A stretch of 64,000 nt of DNA from Planctomycetota bacterium (GCA_029259745.1 JAJDEO010000013.1:1-64000); one strand, 5' to 3'. Numbered from the stretch's first letter, positions 54,501 to 63,725 are shown. The notes: generated by a model from the letters alone, not told the origin. Numbers and translations: made by a program.

Positions 54501-56836
54501 TCGCCGTCGCGCCGATCATCGACGCGCTGCTCGACGGAGTCGAACGCACGAATCGCGCCATCGCGAATCTTCCCCGAGACGACGAGGGCGCGTCGCTCCG
54601 TCAGCTCTCTCCGATCGCGCGCATCGAGATCATCGAGCTGTATCACGACATCGCTCTCGAGGCCCTCCACGCCCTGCGCGCCGCGCCAGCACGCAACGGC
54701 GTCACCATTCATCCCACGCTGATCGCACGCAGCGGTGGTCGCCGACGGGCGCGCGCATCAGCGCCGGCGGGTTGGTGGACGCGCCTGTCGATCGAAGCCT
54801 CGCGCGACGAGAAGTGCGCCGACCGCGTCACGCTCCGATTCACGTCGCACGGCGAGCGGGCGCGGGCCCGCGTCAGCGACGTGTGCCTGCAAGAACGCCT
54901 CGTGAGTCAGGTGCTCGCCGAGACGATGCGCAACCAGGCCTCGGCGACGGGACACGTTCCGCAGGCGCTCTTCGAGCTGCTCGTGCCGTGTGACCTCAAG
55001 GCCGGCGCCGCCGACCAACGCGACATCCAACTCGTGCTCGACGAGACCTCGGCGAGCTACCCGTGGGAGCTGCTCGTCGACCGCAACTCCGCCGGCGATC
55101 GGCCGATCGGCATCGGCGCGGGGATGCTGCGGCAGCTGCGTGTGAAGAGTCCACCGCTCGTCCACCATCCCGAGAACCACAGTGCGCTGGTGGTCGGCGA
55201 CCCGCCGTCGAACTTCCCGGCACTCCCGGGTGCGCGACGCGAGGCCCAGGCCGTCGCCGCGACGCTCTCGGATCGCGGCTGGGACGTCGTGACGCAGATC
55301 CGCAGCAGCGATGACGCCACCGATGTCTCGGCGTCGAGCGTCGTGCGCGCCCTGCTGACGCACGACGCACGCATCCTCCACCTCGCCGGCCACGGCATCC
55401 ACGACGCCAACGACCCGCGCAAGTCGGGGCTCGTCCTCGGTGGCAGCCCGAACGATCCCAAGGACCCGCCGGTGCTCGTGACGGTCGAGGAGATCGCGCA
55501 GATGCGCACGCAGCCCGAGGTCGTCTTCATCAACTGCTGCCATCTGGGACGCATCGAATCGAACTCGCCGTTCCCGGAACTGGCGTCCAACCTCGCGGCC
55601 GAGTTCATTCGCGCGGGCGTAAAGATCGTGGTGGCTGCGGGCTGGGCCGTCGACGACCGCGCCGCGAAGACGTTCAGCGAAACCTTCTACGAGTGGATGC
55701 TCGGCGGGGCCGACTTCGGCACGGCGGTTCGCCGCGCGCGCGAAGCCACGTACGACCAGTTCAGCGAGTCGAACACCTGGGGCGCCTACCAGTGCTACGG
55801 CGACCCCGGCTTCCGGCTGTCGATGGACCTCGAGGTTCGCGCACTCGCGCAAGACACGTCACGCCGACGCACTCGCTTCGTCGACCCCAGCGAGATCGCG
55901 ATCGCGCTCGACAACATCGTGCACACCGCATGCGTCGATACGTCGGACAAGGAGAAGGAAGGGCTCGCCCGCTGGCTCGAGTCGCTCACGTCGGCGGCCG
56001 AGGACGCGGGGTGGGAAAGCGACCCGGACGTCCTCATCGGCCTCGCGCGTGCGCATGGCGAGCTCGGCAATCACGAGATGTGCATCGCGCTGACCGAACG
56101 CGCACAGAGGCTCGAGGCCGGTCGCGTGACGCTGCACGACATCGAGCAACTCGCCAACCATCGCGCGCGCGTCGCGTTGTCATCGCGCGACGCGAAGCTC
56201 TTCGAACGCGTCATCGGAGATCTCGAGGCGCTGATCACGACGCACGGCGCAACGGCCGAGCGCAAGTCGCTCTTGGCTTCGACGTGGAAACGTTTCGCGA
56301 TCCTCCAGATCAGCAAGGACGCCTCGCGCAAGGCCGTGCGCAAGGCGGTCTGCGCCATGACGCAGCGATACATCGAGGCCACGGCGCTCGACGCGCCTCA
56401 GTGGTTCTACCCGGCGACGAACGCACTCCTCGGCGTGCTACTGCTCGGCGGCCCGTGGGCGCGCGCGCCGCGCAAGAGCACCGTGGCCCGCGAGATCTGG
56501 GACGCACTCGACGGGTGGGCGAAGCGCGAGACGTTCGAGACGAACTTGCGCCGTGCCGAGGACAGCCTTCCGAACGACGGGCACCAAGACCTCTGGGACG
56601 CCCTCGCGTCCCCGGAACTCGCGGTAGTGAAGGCCCTCGCGGACGATGCGTTCGCCAAACGATCTCAGCAGATCGCCGCCCGCTATCGCTCGGTGCTCGC
56701 TCTGTACGGATCACAGCGCGAGATCGGTTCAGTCGCCAACAACTGGGACTTCGCTCTGAACGCCGCCAAGGCGCTTGACGAACCTCAACTCATCCGCGAC
56801 ATCGCGCAACTCCAGCAGCTTCTCCAGCGCCCCTGA
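51503..56836 (+). CDS. giant (1777 aa) multidomain protein: two PGAP1/LCAT-like alpha/beta-hydrolase (lipase/esterase) domains + CHAT (caspase-like) peptidase domain + helical/TPR-like C-terminus
   Basis: Domain 1 VLVLIHGTASA...LVTHSRGGLVGDL. Domain 2 VVLLPGIMGSHL...LLAHSMGGVVASLF, an AHSMGG nucleophile elbow. CHAT HGxxD near the end of ILHLAGHGIHDANDP and the Cys dyad region VVFINCCHLG. C-terminal helical repeats. Single uninterrupted ORF. Confidence 0.85.
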   Translation: MAEYTVVGERTRNAESALRLDGTTISVARGVRMLGATRAGAHETKIEIGKDDLIEVEFDNGFVLWTTIDRLEHDTRQGATRGAEGTLPTRYPTPDDTGERGFVGNVIRALKVLNYDLPKEGARAVAAKVEGQLAGEGFLRIARDGSLTPEAPAADNADKPVLVLIHGTASATANAYSGLFETNNKLWRELHDHYEGRVFGFEHRTLTQSPLQNAADLLDALPADLELHLVTHSRGGLVGDLIAHGQVQGDIFAPDDIERELAHAFGKGSSAFTEQRKLYRKYQRAIAAKRPRVTRFVRVGCPAAGTTLASGRLDTLFSILVNLANGIPGIGPFVAAFGELVAAVAKERTQTDALPGLEAQRPTSAFIRLLNSSQHVLESDLTVLAGDSDGFIKNLANLFFWKANDLVVDTRSMAGGATRREYLWHLEENRHVTHVNYFRRSETASLVQRALLRTDAGTAGYERRARNSAMRGEVDEGKPDEKVDQTGVVLLPGIMGSHLSVEDGNRRNRIWLDKSDIMMGRGKLLRTGAATVHPDGVLQSAYDDIRDNFVGHDLHVMPMAYDWRISLTRAADQLNALVRQRLEASSEPLHLLAHSMGGVVASLFIARHDDTWQRLRAGGGRLVQAGTPNRGSYVIPRIFQGTEKMLRMLAGLDFRADTKQWATWATGWQGVLELTPQFDDLDFSKTQTWKDFAPLAHPSEAQLRRAGNIWEILHEQTKKLADEDVLYVAGGPTETPIYDPTAVSDDKSGAHHVIRWTERGDGRVTWDSGIPPRTRTWYIPVKHGSLLNERQAFDGLRELVTTGATDKLASEPPPASTMLRSGTEDVPVLADDEHMPFIPSDEQLEAAALDAEDPTERRARRRRDTPPVTLSVVHGDLRFSRHPIMAGHYAGDPIVHAEAALDRCLDGALRTQHQLGLYPGATGTAEILLSPRSALRSDLAGPSGAIILGLGNVGELTPGALTRSIEAGLLRFAQAACDRPHSAAGLTVSTLLVGSGEAGLAVAPIIDALLDGVERTNRAIANLPRDDEGASLRQLSPIARIEIIELYHDIALEALHALRAAPARNGVTIHPTLIARSGGRRRARASAPAGWWTRLSIEASRDEKCADRVTLRFTSHGERARARVSDVCLQERLVSQVLAETMRNQASATGHVPQALFELLVPCDLKAGAADQRDIQLVLDETSASYPWELLVDRNSAGDRPIGIGAGMLRQLRVKSPPLVHHPENHSALVVGDPPSNFPALPGARREAQAVAATLSDRGWDVVTQIRSSDDATDVSASSVVRALLTHDARILHLAGHGIHDANDPRKSGLVLGGSPNDPKDPPVLVTVEEIAQMRTQPEVVFINCCHLGRIESNSPFPELASNLAAEFIRAGVKIVVAAGWAVDDRAAKTFSETFYEWMLGGADFGTAVRRAREATYDQFSESNTWGAYQCYGDPGFRLSMDLEVRALAQDTSRRRTRFVDPSEIAIALDNIVHTACVDTSDKEKEGLARWLESLTSAAEDAGWESDPDVLIGLARAHGELGNHEMCIALTERAQRLEAGRVTLHDIEQLANHRARVALSSRDAKLFERVIGDLEALITTHGATAERKSLLASTWKRFAILQISKDASRKAVRKAVCAMTQRYIEATALDAPQWFYPATNALLGVLLLGGPWARAPRKSTVAREIWDALDGWAKRETFETNLRRAEDSLPNDGHQDLWDALASPELAVVKALADDAFAKRSQQIAARYRSVLALYGSQREIGSVANNWDFALNAAKALDEPQLIRDIAQLQQLLQRP

Positions 56837-56879
56837 CCGCCGAGCCGACGCAAATCGGCCCGGCGGTCCACCGAGCCGT

Positions 56880-57224
56880 TCAGTCGAGCAGGTCGCCGTA
56901 GGCATCTTCGTGGAATCCGACCATCCACGTCTTGCCCTTGCGGAAGGCCGGCGCGCGCAGATTGCCGGACGGTCCGATGACGACCTTCTGCGCCGCTTCG
57001 CCGAACACGTCGTCGCCCTTGAACTCGAGCACCTTCTTGCCGCGCGCGACGACGAGTCGTGAGGCGCCTCCGAAGAGGGTTTCGAGGTCGTCGGCGCCGT
57101 AACGCTCTTTCGTGGCGTTCACCGTCTCACGGACGGTGACGTCCCGGCCTTCAAGGAAGGCGTCGGAACGCTTGCAGCTCGTTCAGCCCTTGCGGTGGTA
57201 ATACCAATCGATGCGCTTGGCCAT
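56880..57224 (-). CDS. ArsC/Spx/YffB-family thioredoxin-fold protein with in-frame TGA at the catalytic Cys position (candidate selenoprotein; alternatively a nonsense pseudogene)
   Basis: ATG 57224 with RBS GAGGGAG. MAKRIDWYYHRKG-[TGA 57183-57185]-TSCKRSDAFLEGRDVTVRETVNATKERYGADDLETLFGG...GPSGNLRAPAFRKGKTWMVGF. The TGA replaces the first Cys of the family's CxxC (CTSC in Spx) motif. A GCCUUC-CUU-GAAGGC hairpin lies about 21 nt downstream. Confidence 0.5.
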
Positions 57225-57385
57225 GTGCTCACTCCCTCTCTGTGGGTGTCGGTGACAACAAGCGCCAGGAATAGCATGTTCCCCACACCGCCGCGACGGC
57301 GCAGCTCAGGCGTGAATCATGGCGTCTCGCCGCCATCTGTCGTCATCCGCCGACCTCGCGTTGACGCGGCCCTCCACACGGCCGC

Positions 57386-58288
57386 ATGATTGCTCCCATG
57401 ATCGAAGTGCGAGAGCTGCACAAGAACTATGGCGACCTCCATGCCGTCGATGGCGTGAGCTTCGAGATCGCCGCCGGCGAAGCGTTCGGGCTGCTCGGAC
57501 CCAACGGGGCTGGCAAGTCGACGACGATCCTCATGATCGTGGGTGCCCTCGCCCCAGACAGCGGCCAGGTCATGCTCGACGGACAAGTCGACCCGACGCG
57601 CGCCGAGGTGCGCCGCAAGGTCGGCATCGCGCCTCAGGACCTCGCGATCTACGACGAGCTCACGGGCAGCGAGAACCTCGCCTTCTTCGGCAAGCTCTAC
57701 GGGATGCGCGGCGCCAAACTCGCCGAGCGCGTCGACTGGGGGCTCGAGTTCGCTGGCCTCGAAGACCGCCGCGCCGACCGCGCCGCCGGTTACTCGGGCG
57801 GCATGAAGCGACGCCTCAACCTTGCCTGCGCGCTCATCCATGCGCCGCGCATCTTCTTCTGCGACGAACCGACCGTCGGCGTCGATCCTCAATCGCGCAA
57901 CCACATCTTCGAGAGCATCGAAGGCCTCAAGCGCGACGGCTGCACGCTGATCTACACGACGCACTACATGGAAGAGGCCGAGCGCCTCTGCGACCGCGTG
58001 GCGATCATCGACAGCGGCAAGGTGCTGGCCGTCGACACGCCGGCCGCGCTTGTCGATCAACACGGCGGCGCCTCTATCGTCGAAGCCGAGTTCACGGAAG
58101 CGCCGCCGCCCGACCTCCTGCAGCGTGGCACGTTCGCCGACGGCTGGCTCAAGCTCGAAACCGACCGTCCGATCGAGGCGATCGCGGCGCTGGGCAAGGG
58201 CGGCGCCGACATCGCCAACCTGCGTATCCGCCGCCCGAATCTCGAGCGGGTCTTCCTGCACCTCACCGGCCGGAGCCTGCGCGACTGA
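57386..58288 (+). CDS. ABC transporter ATP-binding protein
   Basis: Walker [10 protein letters not shown], signature YSGGMKRRL, Walker [14 protein letters not shown]-loop. Translationally coupled (ATGA-like overlap) to the permease. Confidence 0.9.
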   Translation: MIAPMIEVRELHKNYGDLHAVDGVSFEIAAGEAFGLLGPNGAGKSTTILMIVGALAPDSGQVMLDGQVDPTRAEVRRKVGIAPQDLAIYDELTGSENLAFFGKLYGMRGAKLAERVDWGLEFAGLEDRRADRAAGYSGGMKRRLNLACALIHAPRIFFCDEPTVGVDPQSRNHIFESIEGLKRDGCTLIYTTHYMEEAERLCDRVAIIDSGKVLAVDTPAALVDQHGGASIVEAEFTEAPPPDLLQRGTFADGWLKLETDRPIEAIAALGKGGADIANLRIRRPNLERVFLHLTGRSLRD

Positions 58289-59613
58289 TGGGACCGATCC
58301 TGACGCTGGCACTCAAAGACGTGAAGCTCGTGGTGCGCGACAAGTTCGCGCTCTTCTGGCTCTTCGCCTTCCCGCTGATCTACGCGCTGTTCTTCGGCGC
58401 CATCTTCGGTAGCGACGATGGTGACGGCTCGCGCGGCCGCATGGGCGTCGCGATCGTCGACGACGACGGCTCGCAGGCCTCGCGTGACCTCGCCGCGCGG
58501 CTTGCCGACCACTCGGCTCTGCGCGTCGACCGCGTGTCCGAAGGCGACGACGCCGCGCCACTCCTGCACTCGGTCGAAGACGCTCGCGACCTCGTGCGCC
58601 GCGGCAAACTCGCCGCCTACATCCAGATCCTGCCCGGCTTCGGCGAGACGCCCTGGGGCATGTTCGGCGGCGGCGGCGACCCGATGATCGAGGTCGGCAT
58701 CGACCCGTCACGCACGGCCGAGGCAGGCATGTTGCAGGGCGTGATGATGGAGTCGCTGTTCGGCGGCATGACGGCGCGCTTCGGCGACAAGGACTGGCTG
58801 CTCGAACAGACCGCGTCCGCGCGCGAGGACATCGCGGGCGCCGCCGACCTCAGCGGCGTCCAGAAGCTCGTCTTCTCGAACTTCATGTCGGCCCTCGACG
58901 TCTTCTTCACGCAGATCGACTTCGATTCTCTCGAGGGCGACGGCCCGGGCGTCCTGGCCGGCGGCGCCGACATGGTGAACGTGGTCGAGGTCACCCGCGA
59001 GCGCGGCAACGTCCCCCGGTCGACGTTCGAGATCACCTTCCCCACCGCCATGATCTGGGGCCTGATGAGCGTCGCGCTGACGTTCGCCATCACGATCGTC
59101 CGCGAACGCACCCAGGGCACGCTACTGCGCCTGCGTGTCGCCCCCATCTCCGGCGCCCAGATCCTCGCCGGCAAGGCGCTGGGATGCTTCCTGATGTGTC
59201 AGGTCGTGATGATCTTCCTCATGGCCGTGGGCACTCTGGCGCTCGACATCCGGGTCGCGAGTGTCCCGCTGCTGATCGTCGCGATGGTGAGCATCGCCTG
59301 CTGCTTCACCGGCTTGATGATGGTCGCCTCCGTCACCGGCAAGACGGAGCAAGCCGTCGCGGGTGCATCCTGGGGACTGATGATGCCGTTTGCCATGATC
59401 GGTGGCGGGATGATCCCACTCATCGCGATGCCGTCCTGGCTGCTCACGCTCAGCAACTTCAGCCCCTTCAAGTGGGGCATCATCGCCATGGAAGGCGCGA
59501 TCTGGCGCGGCTTCAGCATCGCGGACATGGTCATGCCGTGTACGATCCTGATTGGCCTCGGCGCAGCGTTCTTCGCCGTGGGTGTCTGGATCTTTCGGCG
59601 CGGCGAGGGGTGA
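58288..59613 (+). CDS. ABC-2 type transporter permease
   Basis: N-terminal TM, a large extracytoplasmic loop, then 5 TM helices (ABC-2 topology). Confidence 0.8.
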   Translation: MGPILTLALKDVKLVVRDKFALFWLFAFPLIYALFFGAIFGSDDGDGSRGRMGVAIVDDDGSQASRDLAARLADHSALRVDRVSEGDDAAPLLHSVEDARDLVRRGKLAAYIQILPGFGETPWGMFGGGGDPMIEVGIDPSRTAEAGMLQGVMMESLFGGMTARFGDKDWLLEQTASAREDIAGAADLSGVQKLVFSNFMSALDVFFTQIDFDSLEGDGPGVLAGGADMVNVVEVTRERGNVPRSTFEITFPTAMIWGLMSVALTFAITIVRERTQGTLLRLRVAPISGAQILAGKALGCFLMCQVVMIFLMAVGTLALDIRVASVPLLIVAMVSIACCFTGLMMVASVTGKTEQAVAGASWGLMMPFAMIGGGMIPLIAMPSWLLTLSNFSPFKWGIIAMEGAIWRGFSIADMVMPCTILIGLGAAFFAVGVWIFRRGEG

Positions 59614-59695
59614 CTCGTCGCGACTCCTCGGAGGGAGGCCGTCGTGACAGTCCTGGTTGCGTCCTGCCGCGTGTCTCGGTCGGTCGATTAACGCG

Positions 59696-61024
59696 ATGCC
59701 GCAAGTCGCCCCCCGCCGGTGGAATCTCACGGTCTTCGCGCTCGCGCTGTTCTTCGTCACAATCGGCTGCCGCGAGCCGGTCGACGACACGCGGCTCGAT
59801 GTCCTCGCCGCCGACGCCATCGACTGGCTCGTCCGGCACCAAGAGCCCGATGGATTCTGGTCGGGTGCGGCGTTCGACCTCGTCTGCGCCGAGGAGCACG
59901 ACGAACCGTGCGGCGGACTGGCCGGCTCGGCCGTCCACGACGTCGGCCTGACCGCCCTCGCCGCGCTCGCGCTGATGGCGAGCCCGACCGCCGACAGCGA
60001 CCTCCGTGGCCCCCTCGACCAGGCTCTCGAGTGGCTCGTCGCCCAGCAAGACTCCACGGGCAATCTCGGGCTCGCCGACGTCTTCAACCACACGTACGAC
60101 CACGCGATCGCCACGCTCGCGCTCGCACGCGCCGTCCGACTGCTCGGCCGCGACGACCTCCGCGCACCGCTCGTCGACGCTGTCCGATACCTCCGCGAGA
60201 TGCGCACCCCACGCCTGGGCTGGCGCTACGCCGACTTCTCCGTCGAGATGCGTCAGCACGCCTCGGACAGCTCGGTAACGGCATGGGCCGTGCACGCACT
60301 GCTCGCCGCACAGCAGGCCGGGATCGCGATCGAGCAAGACGTCCTCGCGCAGGGCCTCCGCTTCCTCGTCAACATGACGGACGACGACGACGCCCAGGCC
60401 GTCGCCGACGCCGAAGAGGCGATCGAGAAGGCGCGCGCCGAGCTCACGCGGCTGACGAAGCTGCACGACGACAGCGCGTCCTCGGCCGCGGCGATCTCCG
60501 CTCAGCGATCGTTGATCCAGTCGCTGGAGGACGAGGCGCCGCGGGCGAAGGCCACCGGCCGCACCGGCTACTTCGAGCGCGGCGGACTCGTCTCGCGCAT
60601 CGACGCCGCGAGCGAGCTGTTCCCGTGGAGCAAGTCGGAGGCCTGCACGGCGGCGGCCCTGAGCTGTCGCCTCGGCCGCGTCGGCGACACCGAGCACCTC
60701 GACGAAGCTCATGAGCTCATGCTTGCGCGCTGCCTCGAGCTACTCCCCGACGTCGGCAACCCGGAAGCCTTCGACGCCTACGGTTGGCACTACGTCTCCG
60801 TCGCCGTCGCCCATCCCCTCGTCCCACGGCGCGATGCCGTGCGCTGGCGCGACGCGCTCGCGACGACGCTCACCGAGCTGCAACGCACCGACGGATGCGC
60901 ACGCGGATCTTTCGACCCGCACCGCTTCGCTTGGGGCTCGGCCGGTGGACGCGTCTACCAAACGGCCATCCTCGCGCTGGCCGCCCAGGCTCACCGCGGC
61001 AGGCACCTCAACCCCGCACCCTGA
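59696..61024 (+). CDS. prenyltransferase/squalene-oxidase-repeat (alpha/alpha toroid) lipoprotein with coiled-coil insertion
   Basis: Start MPQVAPRRWNLTVFALALFFVTIGC, a lipobox. Repeats of the HQEPDGFWSG, QQDSTGNLG and RTPRLGWRY type. Coiled-coil insert AEEAIEKARAELTRLTKLHDD. Same family as the partial gene at 1..1361. Confidence 0.6.
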   Translation: MPQVAPRRWNLTVFALALFFVTIGCREPVDDTRLDVLAADAIDWLVRHQEPDGFWSGAAFDLVCAEEHDEPCGGLAGSAVHDVGLTALAALALMASPTADSDLRGPLDQALEWLVAQQDSTGNLGLADVFNHTYDHAIATLALARAVRLLGRDDLRAPLVDAVRYLREMRTPRLGWRYADFSVEMRQHASDSSVTAWAVHALLAAQQAGIAIEQDVLAQGLRFLVNMTDDDDAQAVADAEEAIEKARAELTRLTKLHDDSASSAAAISAQRSLIQSLEDEAPRAKATGRTGYFERGGLVSRIDAASELFPWSKSEACTAAALSCRLGRVGDTEHLDEAHELMLARCLELLPDVGNPEAFDAYGWHYVSVAVAHPLVPRRDAVRWRDALATTLTELQRTDGCARGSFDPHRFAWGSAGGRVYQTAILALAAQAHRGRHLNPAP

Positions 61025-61530
61025 CCCGCCCTTCCTGCTCGCCGGACGAGCGCGGTGTTCCCGGTCGTCGTAGCGCTGCACGTCTTCGAGGGATGCCTCA
61101 GCCCGCGGCGCGTCTCGGGTCTGTTCTTCTGGGACGCACCGGATGCGAGCGATGCGAGCGGACGTCGGCGCGAGCGCCTGGTCACGTCGACGCCGTCGTG
61201 GCTCGAACTCGCGGCGGTTCTTCTGCTCGCCCTGGCGACATGCGCTCACGCGCCGCCATGGCTTCACGTGTCCCGGAACACGCGTCGGGTTCATGGCGTA
61301 GGGAGACCACGCTTGACGGGATCGGAGATGTCGGCGAATCTCCGGGCTCATGACCATTGTCTGAGAATCTCATCGTGGCCCGCCCGCGCGCTCGAACCGC
61401 CGCCGCCCCTGCGGCGAGGGTCGCCACCGTCGTTCGCCTCCCCCCGCCACCGCGCGGGCCGCGAGGCCTGCTGAACCCCGCTCGCTCGATCGCTCGACGC
61501 GATGCCACGACTCACGGATTCTCACCTGAC

Positions 61531-62610
61531 ATGGATCTCCACGACCTCGGCTGGACCTCGTTCTTCTCCGACCAGCCCGCCTGTCCCGATCACCACACCC
61601 TGGGGCGCATCGTCGCCCAAGAGCGCCACGGCTTCGTCGTCGCCACCGCGGCGGGCCAGCGCCCGGCCGAACCCTCCGGCAAGCTGCGCCGCCTCGCTGA
61701 AGTCGAAGACGACGCGGTCGTCGTTGTCGGCGACTGGGTCGACATCGCCACGGCGGCCGGCAGTGGCGCCGACGACGTTGCGCACATCGTGCGTGTCTAC
61801 GGGCGCCGCAGCACGCTGCAACGCAAGGAAGCCGGCGAGGTCACACGCCGCCAGCTCATCGCCGCGAACGTCGACGTCGTCTTCGTCGTCTGCTCGCTGA
61901 ACCAGGAGCTCAACATCCGCCGCATCGAGCGGTATCTCACGGGCATCTGGGACAGCGGCGCGCGGCCCGTTGTCCTGCTCAACAAGGCCGATCTCTGCGA
62001 CGACCTTCCCGCCGTGCTCGCGGAACTCGAAACCGTCGCGCTGACAGTGCCGGTGTTGGCGGTCAGTGCCGCAACCGGCGCGGGGCTCGACGAGGTCCAT
62101 GCGCAGCTCCCCGCCGCGACCACGGGCGTGCTCGTCGGGTCGTCGGGCGTGGGCAAGTCGACGCTCACCAACCGTCTGCTCGGACGCGCGGTGCAGCCTA
62201 CACAGGCCGTGCGCGCTGGCGACGACAAGGGCCGTCACACGACGACGGCCAAGCGTCTCGTCGCGCTCAGCCACGGCGGGCTCGTCATCGACACGCCGGG
62301 CATGCGCGAGTTCCAGCTCTGGTCGGGCGACACGGCCTCGTTCGACGACGTCGACAGCCTCGCCGCGCAGTGCAAGTTCAACGACTGCGGTCACGAGTCG
62401 GAGCCCGGCTGCGCCGTGCGCGCGGCCATCGACGACGGCTCACTCGACGCCGGCCGCGTCACGAGCTGGCGCAAGCTCGGCCGCGAACTCGCCCGCCTCG
62501 AAGCCCGCAAAGACGCCGCAGGTCGAGCCCAAGAGCGCGCCCGCTTCAAGTCCCAGGGCAAGCTCTACAAGTCGATCCAGAAGCACAAGCGCGACCGTCA
62601 CCGCGACTGA
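61531..62610 (+). CDS. rsgA: ribosome small-subunit-dependent GTPase A
   Basis: Circularly permuted GTPase motifs VVLLNKADL (G4), GSSGVGKSTLTN (G1) and DTPG (G3). C-terminal zinc finger CKFNDCGHESEPGC. ATG 61531 is chosen, and the upstream 58 codons of the ORF are not protein-like. Confidence 0.85.
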   Translation: MDLHDLGWTSFFSDQPACPDHHTLGRIVAQERHGFVVATAAGQRPAEPSGKLRRLAEVEDDAVVVVGDWVDIATAAGSGADDVAHIVRVYGRRSTLQRKEAGEVTRRQLIAANVDVVFVVCSLNQELNIRRIERYLTGIWDSGARPVVLLNKADLCDDLPAVLAELETVALTVPVLAVSAATGAGLDEVHAQLPAATTGVLVGSSGVGKSTLTNRLLGRAVQPTQAVRAGDDKGRHTTTAKRLVALSHGGLVIDTPGMREFQLWSGDTASFDDVDSLAAQCKFNDCGHESEPGCAVRAAIDDGSLDAGRVTSWRKLGRELARLEARKDAAGRAQERARFKSQGKLYKSIQKHKRDRHRD

Positions 62611-62645
62611 GGACGGCGGCTCGGCAGGCTCGGCGCGCCCCATCC

Positions 62646-63725
62646 TCAGCGCGGCGCGTCGAGCACCTGCTCGAGGACGGTGAAGTTGCCGGGGTTCCAG
62701 GCGTAGGCGAGGACGTAGAGCTTGCGCGGGCCATCGGGTTGGTCGACGACGTGGAACGCGGCGTTGTGGATGTGCGTGAAGCCTTCGAGGCCGAGGTCAC
62801 GCGTGATGTTGAGTTCGGCGACGATGTTGCCGTGCTCGAGGATGTAGATCGGCGCGGGCGTGGAACCGTCGGGGCCGCGCAGGCAGCCGACGAGCGTGAG
62901 GTCGTCGAGGTAGTCGACGTCGCAGGGTAGTGTTCCGGGCGGCAGGGTCGTGCCGCCGACGTAGCGGCCGTCGGGCGTGAACGACTCGAGGCGCGCGTGG
63001 GCGCGGTCGGCGATCGTCACGACGTTCGTCCCCGGCATGCGTGTGATCCCGTGGGCGGTGCCGAACTTGCCGTGCTCGGTCCCGGTCCCGCCGAACGTGT
63101 GGTCGTCCCAGTGGCCGAGGCTCGGCTCGTCGGCTTCACGACGCAGCGGGTTGGTGACGAAGACGACGTTGTCGGCGTAGCCATTCGTCGCGATGAGCTG
63201 CTCGTCGACGTACTCGAGGTCGGTGACGCGAAACGCCTGGCCGCTGTCGCCGTAGGGGTTCGGGAACGTGCGCAGCAACTGCCCGCGCGGCGAGGTCAGG
63301 AACGCGCGCTGGGCCTCGTCGGACGGGAGCGCCAGGAACGTCTCGCCGTGGGCGCGGAAGAGACACGTGTTGTGCACGTTGACGTTGGCGAACGATTCGT
63401 CGCCGCCGATCACATCAACAGCCGAGACGTCGGCGCGCAGGTTCAGCAGCCCGACCCCCTTGAGCGCGAAGTACGTCGACCCATCGCCGCCCGCCGAGCG
63501 CGCGTCGTGCGCGAAGCCGCCGTGGGCGTGGACGAGCTGTTGCGCCATCTCGGCCGGGATCTGCACGGGCAGGTGGCGAAAGGTGTATTCACCCGAACCC
63601 GTCGTCGCCTCGGTCGGTGCTGCGAGCTGCAGTGCAGCCGGAACTGCCGGCGGCGCCTCGTGGGCATGGTGTCCATCGTGGACGAACAAGGAGAGCGCAG
63701 CGAACGCAGCGGTGACGAACGACAT
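62646..63725 (-). CDS. secreted hypothetical protein (possible NHL/PAL-like beta-propeller)
   Basis: Start MSFVTAAFAALSLFVHDGHHAHE (signal-like). The upstream 61 codons are R/P-rich. No confident domain assignment. Confidence 0.45.
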   Translation of the reverse strand: MSFVTAAFAALSLFVHDGHHAHEAPPAVPAALQLAAPTEATTGSGEYTFRHLPVQIPAEMAQQLVHAHGGFAHDARSAGGDGSTYFALKGVGLLNLRADVSAVDVIGGDESFANVNVHNTCLFRAHGETFLALPSDEAQRAFLTSPRGQLLRTFPNPYGDSGQAFRVTDLEYVDEQLIATNGYADNVVFVTNPLRREADEPSLGHWDDHTFGGTGTEHGKFGTAHGITRMPGTNVVTIADRAHARLESFTPDGRYVGGTTLPPGTLPCDVDYLDDLTLVGCLRGPDGSTPAPIYILEHGNIVAELNITRDLGLEGFTHIHNAAFHVVDQPDGPRKLYVLAYAWNPGNFTVLEQVLDAPR

